A DNA stretch of 63,903 bases from Girardia tigrina (taxonomy: Eukaryota), in NCBI GenBank assembly GCA_001938485.1, contig MQRK01209984.1, forward strand, positions 1 to 63,903. The letters are read 5' to 3'. The notes beneath the pieces are model-generated. The model worked only from the letters and a program-made list of their open reading frames with translations. It ran no database searches and was not told the DNA's origin. The translations under genes were made by a program, and so were the position numbers. This document shows, piece after piece, positions 53,570 through 63,903 of the stretch. Numbering within the stretch: the stretch's first letter is position 1; the number at the start of each line of letters is the position of its first letter.

Positions 53570-53850
53570 AAATAAAATATCCAGGAGGTAAAAAGCAATA
53601 TTTTTGACTCCTGCTTTTTTTTGCTTTTTGTCAAAGCCAAAAGGTTGCTGAAGCATCCTGGGAAATTTGCAACGTATACGGAGAGGGTGTCGTGGACGAG
53701 TTTAAAACCCGGGAATAGTGTGCGGAATTCAAAAATAGTAATTTTGACGTTGACGGTACGCCCTATATTGGAAGACTTTATGAATATGACGAAGAGTATT
53801 TCAAAGCTTTTTTCGAAGGAGGATGATGACAGAGCAGCCGCAACGCAATG
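53570..53850 (+). pseudogene. mariner transposase N-terminal relic
   Basis: LLFFAFCQSQKVAEASWEICNVYGEGVV...EFKNSNFDVDGTP. Confidence 0.7.
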
Positions 53851-54015
53851 GTATCGGTGTGGGGTCTGTGGTCGCGGGAATAAGTACAATAATTCGATCT
53901 CCTTGCTTACTACACTTGTTCTGCTCGTTTTTTTGTTTCCCCATGAACGGCATTCATCTTCAGCAACATTATATTCTTCAATCCGACAAACACATTATTT
54001 TTGATCACGTAAATA

Positions 54016-55161
54016 CAGGGTGCGGCAGCTATTTGAGAACACGTAATATAGACACCATATCTTTTTGTGTGTTATAATTACATAATTTTATTTTTGCTGG
54101 TAGACATGGCAGAAGCTACTCTTACGANNNNNNNNNNNNNNNNNNNNNNNNNNNNNNNNNNNNNNNNNNNNNNNNNNNNNNNNNNNNNNNNNNNNNNNNN
54201 NNNNNNNNNNNNNNNNNNNNNNNNNNNNNNNNNNNNNNNNNNNNNNNNNNNNNNNNNNNNNNNNNNNNNNNNNNNNNNNNNNNNNNNNNNNNNNNNNNNN
54301 NNNNNNNNNNNNNNNNNNNNNNNNNNNNNNNNNNNNNNNNNNNNNNNNNNNNNNNNNNNNNNNNNNNNNNNNNNNNNNNNNNNNNNNNNNNNNNNNNNNN
54401 NNNNNNNNNNNNNNNNNNNNNNNNNNNNNNNNNNNNNNNNNNNNNNNNNNNNNNNNNNNNNNNNNNNNNNNNNNNNNNNNNNNNNNNNNNNNNNNNNNNN
54501 NNNNNNNNNNNNNNNNNNNNNNNNNNNNNNNNNNNNNNNNNNNNNNNNNNNNNNNNNNNNNNNNNNNNNNNNNNNNNNNNNNNNNNNNNNNNNNNNNNNN
54601 NNNNNNNNNNNNNNNNNNNNNNNNNNNNNNNNNNNNNNNNNNNNNNNNNNNNNNNNNNNNNNNNNNNNNNNNNNNNNNNNNNNNNNNNNNNNNNNNNNNN
54701 NNNNNNNNNNNNNNNNNNNNNNNNNNNNNNNNNNNNNNNNNNNNNNNNNNNNNNNNNNNNNNNNNNNNNNNNNNNNNNNNNNNNNNNNNNNNNNNNNNNN
54801 NNNNNNNNNNNNNNNNNNNNNNNNNNNNNNNNNNNNNNNNNNNNNNNNNNNNNNNNNNNNNNNNNNNNNNNNNNNNNNNNNNNNNNNNNNNNNNNNNNNN
54901 NNNNNNNNNNNNNNNNNNNNNNNNNNNNNNNNNNNNNNNNNNNNNNNNNNNNNNNNNNNNNNNNNNNNNNNNNNNNNNNNNNNNNNNNNNNNNNNNNNNN
55001 NNNNNNNNNNNNNNNNNNNNNNNNNNNNNNNNNNNNNNNNNNNNNTTTATGTACGTGTTAATATATGTAAAATTTTAAATTGAAATAAATGTTATTTTTC
55101 TGTTGTATATTCATTTTTTGAACTTTATGTCATTTTGTTCTCAAATAGCTGCCGCACCCTG
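54016..55161 (+). mobile_element. Young Tc1/mariner-type element, interior in an assembly gap (copy 1)
   Basis: TA|CAGGGTGCGGCAGCTATTTGAGAAC ... GTTCTCAAATAGCTGCCGCACCCTG|TA, perfect TIRs. An ATG (MAEATLT) precedes the gap. Confidence 0.9.
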
Positions 55162-55199
55162 TAGGTACTATGAAACAGAATATTTAATTAAATGTTTCT

Positions 55200-55500
55200 A
55201 TAGCGGGATGGGTAATAACTTCGTAATGTTTTTATCAAATACTTTTATTTTAAAAAATGCCAGTAGTTATAACAATGAATTAATCAATCATGTATTTGCA
55301 GTTGCTGTTTACGGTCTTCTTCCTCTTCTTAAACATGTTGCAGATGCAGTTCCGCAAAAAATCACCCGATCTGATATCGAAGAAGTTGTTTAGCAAATTT
55401 TAGTTCCTCTTCAATATCAAAAGTATTGTCTTTTATATGGTTTGGTAGGGAGCGGAAGAGATGGTAATTCGTTGGTGCAAGGCTTGGAGAATACGGTAGA
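55200..55500 (-). pseudogene. mariner transposase C-terminal relic with 3' TIR-like end
   Basis: The minus strand reads LPYSPSLAPTNYHLFRSLPNHI. Confidence 0.75.
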
Positions 55501-56159
55501 TGTTAAGAAGACATCAAGACCTTGGGAATTATATAATCAAAAATGAAATCACAAATATACGGTATGTATTATCTCAAAAAGTAAATTCGAATAAAATAGA
55601 AGTGATATATGTCGAAAATTTATTCAGTCGCCTTAATACAGTTAAAATTCACTTGACATTTAAATTTATACATCTAGTTATATTATTTTTTTGTGATAAT
55701 TTGAAATTTCATTATAAATTGGAAGATTTTATTAAAATTGTAAATTCTGCCATTGAAAATTTGTTTTGTGATGTCGAAAAATTCATCAAATGGATAAGAC
55801 GAATCGAAAATGCCAATAAACTATGCACTGACATAGGTAAATCATTAAATAAAAATTTTTTTATTTAAATAACCACTACATCACGGTTGTAATCTATTTC
55901 TATACTACGTTGCAGTTGTTTCAAGTCTCATTACTCGCATTTTGATTGGATAACCAATCAGAACTGAAAGGTTTTTTTGTCTGCATTCATTAGTTTTTAA
56001 TTTGAAGTTTTTGTGATACATTTTTTTAAGTGAATAAAAATCATCAGTTTTTTGGCGAAACAAATATTTGAAAATAAAGATTTTTTAAGATGTGATCGAA
56101 TTTTTGTATTGAAGAGTTAATTGAATTTCATAAAAGTCTAATTAAAATTTTCTTATTCT

Positions 56160-56754
56160 CATTGTCCTTACCGATATTTGAAGCAAGGTCGATTATGAAC
56201 CTCACTAATAATAAACGAAATTGGCCGAGTTCAAAATTAGGATGTAATTATCAGAATATTGAAACAATCGCAAAAGATATCTGGGAAATCGGCTGTAAAA
56301 CCAATCAGAATACGCCTCTAATGACAGGATTGGAGAGATTGAAAAATATTTTCAGAATTTAAGGAATCTTCAGTTTTTGTATTTATTGAATAGCGTGACG
56401 ACTAAATTTAGCAAATCGAATTTGTTATCCAATGAAGTTTTTTTTCAACGGAGAAAATTATATCATCTCAATATGACATTGAAAATAGGAAATCTCACAT
56501 CAAACACGTTTTACGGACTGAAAGATCTCGATATGCTCGACTTACCGGGAAATTCGTTGACGATTTTCCGTTCGGAACTCTGAAAATTGCCACGAGTGAC
56601 GAAAATTAATCTAACAAAAAATAAAATCCAATATTTATTTGCCGACACGCTTCGTTTATTGCTTCCGATTAAAGACATTTGATTTGAGTTTCATTTCCAA
56701 TGTTGTTTTTGATAATTTTCTGAGTCTATTGACTATGGATTTGTTTGAGAATAA
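56160..56754 (+). pseudogene. Leucine-rich-repeat gene relic
   Basis: KIGNLTSNTFYGLKDLDMLDLPGNSLTIF...*KLPRVTKINLTKNKIQYL (LxxLxLxxN repeats) with stops and frameshifts; cut by the transposon. Confidence 0.7.
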
Positions 56755-56756
56755 TA

Positions 56757-57935
56757 CAGGGTGCGGCAGCTATTTGAGAACAAAATGACATAAAGTTCAA
56801 AAAATGAATATACAACAGAAAAATAACATTTATTTCAATTTAAAATTTTACATATATTAACACGTACATAANNNNNNNNNNNNNNNNNNNNNNNNNNNNN
56901 NNNNNNNNNNNNNNNNNNNNNNNNNNNNNNNNNNNNNNNNNNNNNNNNNNNNNNNNNNNNNNNNNNNNNNNNNNNNNNNNNNNNNNNNNNNNNNNNNNNN
57001 NNNNNNNNNNNNNNNNNNNNNNNNNNNNNNNNNNNNNNNNNNNNNNNNNNNNNNNNNNNNNNNNNNNNNNNNNNNNNNNNNNNNNNNNNNNNNNNNNNNN
57101 NNNNNNNNNNNNNNNNNNNNNNNNNNNNNNNNNNNNNNNNNNNNNNNNNNNNNNNNNNNNNNNNNNNNNNNNNNNNNNNNNNNNNNNNNNNNNNNNNNNN
57201 NNNNNNNNNNNNNNNNNNNNNNNNNNNNNNNNNNNNNNNNNNNNNNNNNNNNNNNNNNNNNNNNNNNNNNNNNNNNNNNNNNNNNNNNNNNNNNNNNNNN
57301 NNNNNNNNNNNNNNNNNNNNNNNNNNNNNNNNNNNNNNNNNNNNNNNNNNNNNNNNNNNNNNNNNNNNNNNNNNNNNNNNNNNNNNNNNNNNNNNNNNNN
57401 NNNNNNNNNNNNNNNNNNNNNNNNNNNNNNNNNNNNNNNNNNNNNNNNNNNNNNNNNNNNNNNNNNNNNNNNNNNNNNNNNNNNNNNNNNNNNNNNNNNN
57501 NNNNNNNNNNNNNNNNNNNNNNNNNNNNNNNNNNNNNNNNNNNNNNNNNNNNNNNNNNNNNNNNNNNNNNNNNNNNNNNNNNNNNNNNNNNNNNNNNNNN
57601 NNNNNNNNNNNNNNNNNNNNNNNNNNNNNNNNNNNNNNNNNNNNNNNNNNNNNNNNNNNNNNNNNNNNNNNNNNNNNNNNNNNNNNNNNNNNNNNNNNNN
57701 NNNNNNNNNNNNNNNNNNNNNNNNNNNNNNNNNNNNNNNNNNNNNNNNNNNNNNNNNNNNNNNNNNNNNNNNNNNNNNNNNNNNNNNNNNNNNNNNNNNN
57801 NNNNNNNNNNNNNNNNNNNNNNNNNNTAAGAGTAGCTTCTGCCATGTCTACCAGCAAAAATAAAATTATGTAATTATAACACACAAAAAGATATGGTGTC
57901 TATATTACGTGTTCTCAAATAGCTGCCGCACCCTG
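56757..57935 (-). mobile_element. Young Tc1/mariner-type element (copy 2, inverted relative to copy 1)
   Basis: Same TIRs and apparently identical subterminal sequence as 54016-55161, TA on both sides, interior is N. Confidence 0.9.
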
Positions 57936-57937
57936 TA

Positions 57938-58465
57938 TATAATAAAAGGTAATAAATAAAATGCAACTAACAATGAATTAAATTTAAAAATTATATCACG
58001 ATCTCATAAAATTCAAAATATGTTCAGTAATAAATCTATTACACCTTTAACACTTTGTTCTGATATTGTTTATGAATATAAATGTAACGGCTACGATGCC
58101 ACATACATTTGAGAAACTGCCATCATCTCTGAAAATGAATTTAAGAACATGGTTGAAAAGATAGTAAAATTAACACAGAACATAGGAAAAATGTGTATAT
58201 GATATTAATATTGATAATTTCGAAATTCTGTGTAAGAATTTGTTAGTTATTGAGAGGGTTTCATGTTAATCATTCTTAATTAGGTCTCGTTGCCCTAAAA
58301 TCAATGTTCAATCGGCAGTCTCAACCAGCTTGTTAAGAAGTTTCGATGAGCGTAATTTCATGCAATCAATTACATAATCATCATTTGGTATTTAGATATG
58401 AATATGATGGATGATCCGTCGAAATATATTGTCAATAAAAATATTTTTAATGGATGAATTTTATT
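57938..58465 (+). mobile_element. Penelope-like element 3' fragment (GIY-YIG), same family as 13586-14550
   Basis: NELNLKIISRSHKIQNMFSNKSITPLTLCSDIVYEYKCNGYDATYI*ET...LIRSRCPKINVQSAVSTSLLR; colinear with 14040-14545. Confidence 0.88.
58395..58433 (+). ncRNA. Minimal type I hammerhead ribozyme, degenerate
   Basis: gat atgaata t gatgg atgat ccgtc GAAA TATA TT GTC. Together with the 14473 copy it gives the consensus GAC CUGAAGA U GACGG..CCGUC GAAA UAUA UU GUC. Confidence 0.6.
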
Positions 58466-59663
58466 ATTAATAAATAAAAGTATAATAAATACATTGGATT
58501 ACGAAGCGAATCTTTTCCATGATTAATAACATTATGTTGACGGATAACAAGCAGGCTATTTTCACCTTTATAGGTGAACTTGATTGTCAAGCTATGTTTG
58601 GTACTCCCATTACAAAACATTGCTCGTATACCATGTTACGATAAATTTTCGTAAAATACATTACTCATAACTCGATGTTAAAAGATAAATCAATAATTTA
58701 ATTTATTTGACAATAGTGAGCTTTGCTATCAAAATAAAATTTATCGTTTGATTTTTATGATTAAAATGTTTGCAAATAGATATGACTAGAGTGATAATTG
58801 ATGCTGTATAAATAAATTTTCTAATTTATTACTTTATCAAACAATATTTTATTGCTTGTCCCGGGATAGTTAACATAGTTTTGATCAAAATATGTGAATC
58901 TTTGGGAAAAAACCCAATTTAGATCTGAAATTATTATTCCGTATTAATATTAAGGATTTTTTTTGAATTTTTTCTCAAAATTCAATGTGATCATAATTTT
59001 AATCCTTCAATGCGTCGTGAGTCATATTTGAATCAACCACATTTTATCTCAAAATATTTTTACCAAGTCACATTCTCAGAGTAATGTGAATCTATAGACA
59101 ATATCTATGGAACGATTAGTAACCCGTCGGCCATGTTGCAATCTGTTTTATCGACGAAAATTACAGTTAAAAATGCGGCTTGTCTTCAGGTGAATTTCAC
59201 TGCATTGCAAAAAAAGTTGCGCATTGTAGGCGTTAGGTACGCCATCTGTAGCACAAATATTTTCTTCAAACTAAAATAAAGAAATTCCACAACTTTTATT
59301 AACTAATAATAATTATTATAAGGTTTTTTGAACAAATTTAGGAGATTTGTGTGAATTATTAATTTAACCGTTTTTTTATAAATAAATGTGATATATTGAT
59401 AATAAAAATTGAAACCTAAAATATCATTTTAACGTCTTATTTTAAAATCTTATTTCTGTATTTTATTTTACATAAATAAATATACGATGTAATAATAAAA
59501 TATCGATAATGAAAAATCAAAATCTAATTTTCAAATCTTACTATCGTGGGTAATAAAATGCAAGATAAAACATAATCACACAATATATAAATATTTTTAT
59601 TGATTATTTAATATATACATTATACTTGGTTTTCGTTCTTTTTATTTAAATTAAACAAAGAGA

Positions 59664-60127
59664 TGTGAGGAATATTTGGTGAGTGGATGTTTTTGTGTAG
59701 TTTTTGTATGTTTAAATGTTGTATGTTGATTTGGGATTGTGCCTCTCCTAACCAGATTGATTGTCAATATTTAATTTTTATAATCTGAAACTAATTTATT
59801 TAAATTTAGATTTAATATTCAAATTTTTAAGTTTTTATTATTGCAGCTTTTAAATAATTTTAATGATTTTATTTTTGTAAATTTTTAAATAATTAAAATC
59901 AAATTAATGTTTAAAAATGACTATAAAAATATTTTATTTCAGCCAATCAAATTTAAATTAAATATTTTTAAATAAAATAATCTTATCAAGTACAGTTCAG
60001 ATTATAATGGGAGATATTGAAAATTGATTGATGGATCTAAGTGAAAGCATTACTGTTGATCATCATAAAGAAGATAAGAAATGTGAATGTAATAAATGTT
60101 CTGTCAAATGTGTGAGTTCTCTTAACA
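59664..60127 (+). mobile_element. Gypsy solo LTR (TGTGAGG family)
   Basis: TGTGAGGAAT...TCTCTTAACA. Flanks AGAGA / AGAAA (4 of 5 TSD match). The only copy ending in CA. Confidence 0.85.
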
Positions 60128-61339
60128 AGAAAATATAAAAAAATAAACATACATACAAGACAATAACAATATGAACACAAAACTCGTATCCACACATTTT
60201 TTATTTAGAACTGACACAACACATGCAGTAGGGTTAATATCGTCAAAAAGAAAGAAAGTTTAAATTAATGAAATGGAAAAAAAGATAATTGTAAAAAAAT
60301 TATTTTCTTAAAAAATAAAATAAATTTAGACGAAAATATAATTATATTTTCTTTATTACAAATTTATTAGAGCTAAAATTTGATATCTTTTTAAGTGGAT
60401 TCTTTGGAGAATTTCGATGAATTATTTATGAAATTTTGTATTGTCAATTAAATTGACTGATTTTATTTTTGTCATAAATCATTTAGTTTTTTAATTTTTC
60501 TTTTTTTGTTGGTCGCGATACTTCAAATGTCGTTTTATCAGAAAAAAAAAATGAAAATTTTTTGATTTGATCTTAAAAAATATATAAAATTTTGGAATCT
60601 TAAAATTTTATAATGTTAATAAAGAAGCCGTAGGATCACGCATATTTCAAAACATTGAAACATAAACACAACAAATAAAATATAAATATTTAAGATGAAA
60701 TTAAATTATTCTTAGGAAGCGTACTGTCAGAAAACAATTGCGTGAAGCTGGACTGCAAAAAAACACTTCTTTCGGATGTTTACTGTCGAAATAAACTGTT
60801 TTTTGCTCGTACACATAAAGATTAAACTATGTAAAATTTGAAAATCATTTTATTTAGTTATGAAAGTTCTTGTTTGTTTTTGAATTATTCTTTTACTTTT
60901 ACTTATATTTTCTAATTTGTTTACTGTAAGTACTCATATATCAGACGACTTTGACCATCCATATTATTTGAAAATATCTCTGTTCAAAGTGTCCCTAACT
61001 CACACTTATAAGAGATCCATATCTTACCCAATAAATCCCATCTGGCTCTTTGATCTCGCCAGTGAAATTAATCAAGTACTTCTTGGGTTCTTCATAATAT
61101 TATATTTAATGATATTTAAGTATATGAAAGTCGGTTCAGGCTACTTCTATTTAATTAATGATAATATATTTATTTCTCGAAATTTTTTCTATTTGATTAT
61201 TATATTTTGTATCGTAATTTCAATATTTTCATAACAGGAAAATTAAAGGTAAAAGAATATGAACAATTTATATATATATATACATTTTTTAATTAAATCA
61301 TAACAAGTAAACAAAAGAAAATATTAATCAAAACAATCC

Positions 61340-62350
61340 ACTCATCGTCCTCAATCATGCAATTCGAATAGGTTAACAAATTCTTCACCTTTACCAGCTG
61401 TGATAGAGTGGAACTGGAGTCGGTCAGGATTCTCCTTCTGAATTTCAAGTTTCGTTTTGAGATCCTGCCATTCTTGTCGATCGATAGTCCTTTGGAAATT
61501 ATATTTTGGGTAGAACGACGTAATTTGATTAAATGTATCAAAATCAGGACTCTTTTGCTAGCATTATTTCTGATTACAGTCTGACAAACATGGATGTCAA
61601 CATAAATGCGCACGTGTTAAAAACATTTTGCAGTCCGCTCTTGGTCCGTCGAAACATTTGAGATTTTCGCTTCCTCTGTTCACGTCGCTTCTGGGATCTG
61701 CTGAGCACACCAGAGGAAGATGATACCATATTCTCTTTCATAATTAACCTATAAATGTTTGGGTTTGTCACAAGAGGTTGCTTTTCCACATTTGACCCAA
61801 TCTCGTTGGCTGTTTCTAAAATTAATTCAGGTTGCTCTTTTGAAACTTTTCCGATCACCTTCTTGTAGTAACTGGACATATTTTGCTATATTCCCATCTC
61901 GGTGGTCTCGTTTTTCAAGGACTTTATTAATGATTGTCTAGCAAATATCATCCACAACCGGACTGCATATTTTCTGTAGTTCTCAAATTCGGTTGTCCTT
62001 CTTGCCAATTGATCATTCATCTTGACACATTCTTCTTTCCATTTCTGCTACTCTAGCAGTAGTTCTCTTTGTTGCTCTTCACTTTCATTAATTTTTCCAT
62101 TCATGTTAAATGATGATGATGAGGGGATTACAATTGAAGAGTAAAAAAATAATACAAAAAAATAATTGATGGATGATGGGAGAAACAAAATCACTTCTAA
62201 GAATGAAACTTCACAATGACTTCCTCAAAGTTCCAGATCGTAAATAGTTTCGACAGACCCTATAGGCATGTAGCGTTATATATCGACAGATGGGTAGTCT
62301 TGATGATGTTCCCCAACCTCCTTCACCTTCAAATACAAGAAATAAAAACT
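61340..62350 (-). pseudogene. Decayed coding-like sequence of unknown origin (charged, coiled-coil-like with a basic tract)
   Basis: Overlapping minus-strand ORFs 61574-61879 and 61293-61613, higher GC than the flanks, no motif I recognise. Confidence 0.3.
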
Positions 62351-63555
62351 AAAAATTACCTATGTGAGAGGTGGTTGCAACATCAATAACCGAATTCATT
62401 TTTTTAACACCAAACTTTATTTATATAACAACAATTCACATATTTAAAACAAATTTTTTCTGTTAATTTTATTATCCCGCCACAAGTTAATCTATTAAAT
62501 TCTTTTCGATTCAATTTTTAAAATCTTGCAAATTTATTAAATACATTTCACATTAAAACCAAAAATTTATTTAAATTGCGTAATACTTCTATTAAAATAT
62601 ATAAATTGTTTTGACAATAAAAATATTTTTATTTATAAATAAATATTTAATATTTAATGGTTTTCTTATCATTTTTAATTTTAAAAAATTAATTAGATAC
62701 ATTAAAAAGATATTTTTTAGTTTTAAATAGATATTTAATTTTTTATGATTTTCTTTTATTATATCATTTTTAATTTTTTTTCAAAATATTTAAAACACAT
62801 TAAAAACATATTTTATTTTTAAATACGTATTTGATTTTTAATAGTTGTTTTATTATATCATTTTTAATTTTAAAATATTGAATAAGCATATTAACATTAA
62901 AATATTTTACCTTTTAAAAAAATAATAAATTATTCTAGCGAGATAAAAATTTAAATTAACCCCTCATAACCTAAGTTCAAAAACAATGTCAATAAAATTT
63001 AATCAATGAAAAAGTTTGATTGTAAAATAGCTAACTGAAACTGATGTTTCAATGAGCTCTTTTAACGATAAATAATATTAATAAATAAAAATATCAAAAA
63101 TTAAATTTTAATCTAAAGAATGTAATTTAACTATATAATAAACCAACCAGGAAACCAATCATAAAAGACAGTTGATATACAATCCAAATAATCTATGTAA
63201 TTATTTGAGTAATTCTTGGCGAGATAATTATTCAGATCACTAATGAGATTTGACAAAGACAGACACTTGAGATAGAGAATTTTGTTGTGGCTTTGTTGAT
63301 ATAGTTATTGGAATTAGACGATTTTTGAGACGGAATAGCAAGTGTCTGGCTCGTTGGATCTTCACATGAATTATTCAAAAACGACGATTATTGAAATTTT
63401 CGCAATCGGAGGATTTCTGTTTAATTTACATTGTTGAATTTGCCGCCAAGATTTTTAATGGATGATTTTATTTAAACAATTTTGAGTATTATTTATCTTT
63501 TTATTTACAAATGTAATTTATTATATATATATAATATATATATATATATATAATT

Positions 63556-63696
63556 TTGATCAGAAATGTAGAATGGCTAAAGCCATTTAAATCGAGGGGG
63601 ATGTGAGGAATATTTGGTGTGTGGATGTTTTTGTGTAGTTTTTGTATGTTTAAATGTTGTATGTTGATTTGGGATTGTGCCTCTCCTAACCAGATG
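63556..63696 (+). mobile_element. Gypsy fragment: integrase tail, polypurine tract and first 95 bp of LTR, between (TA)n tracts
   Basis: ttgatcagaaatgtagaatggctaaagccatttaaatcgaggggga|TGTGAGGAAT. The tail matches 13063-13107 and the LTR part matches 59664. Confidence 0.9.
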
Positions 63697-63722
63697 TATA
63701 TATATATTAGGGATAAAAATAA

Positions 63723-63763
63723 GACGACGCGTTTCGAGATAATAAAAATCCCATCATCAGGTC
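63723..63763 (-). ncRNA. Minimal type I hammerhead ribozyme with intact catalytic core (PLE 3' end)
   Basis: Minus strand GAC CUGAUGA U GGGAU uuuuauu AUCUC GAAA CGCG UC GUC: all core nucleotides, 5-bp stem II, palindromic ACGCGU stem III and a GUC cleavage triplet. Confidence 0.9.
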
Positions 63764-63903
63764 ACAAAATGTACCAAGGAGGTTCACTATATGGAAACAT
63801 ACAGAAAATAAATAAAATTTATCCAATAAATTATTGGATGAAAATAACTTTATTTCTCTTTTCCTTAAAATTAAGAGAGATGCACTAAATGCAATCAATC
63901 TCA

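Noticed and set aside
53621-54004. 127-aa ORF as a host gene
   Set aside because: Off-frame reading of a mariner N-terminal relic.
50126-57884. Long ORFs of 230, 338 and 349 aa
   Set aside because: Artefacts of translating through N gaps.

Overview
This is AT-rich, gapped eukaryotic genomic DNA. A triclad planarian is the most likely source; that is an inference from base composition and repeat content. The only host gene I can support is the 3' end of a PDE4-family cAMP phosphodiesterase on the + strand: three phase-0 exons (2795-2917, 20716-20898, 27534-27686) separated by 17.8 kb and 6.6 kb introns full of transposons. The ORF track misses all three exons. The rest is nested, mostly decayed mobile DNA: Ty3/Gypsy gag and pol pieces, several mariner/Tc1 elements, pogo, hAT, piggyBac, a NeSL/R2-type LINE, Helentron-like repeats and Penelope-like elements (PLEs). 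Four observations stand out. (1) One Gypsy LTR family occurs 9 times; 5-bp target-site duplications (TSDs) fix its ends as TG...TA rather than TG...CA. (2) At its only long internal copy, the 3' LTR runs in frame into a PLE ORF relic ending in a GIY-YIG domain and a hammerhead ribozyme, which could be an LTR-PLE hybrid (single junction, unproven). (3) There are three minimal hammerhead ribozymes, one with an intact core. (4) There is a dense RFX X-box/CCAAT array. All calls come from reading the sequence by eye; no searches were run.
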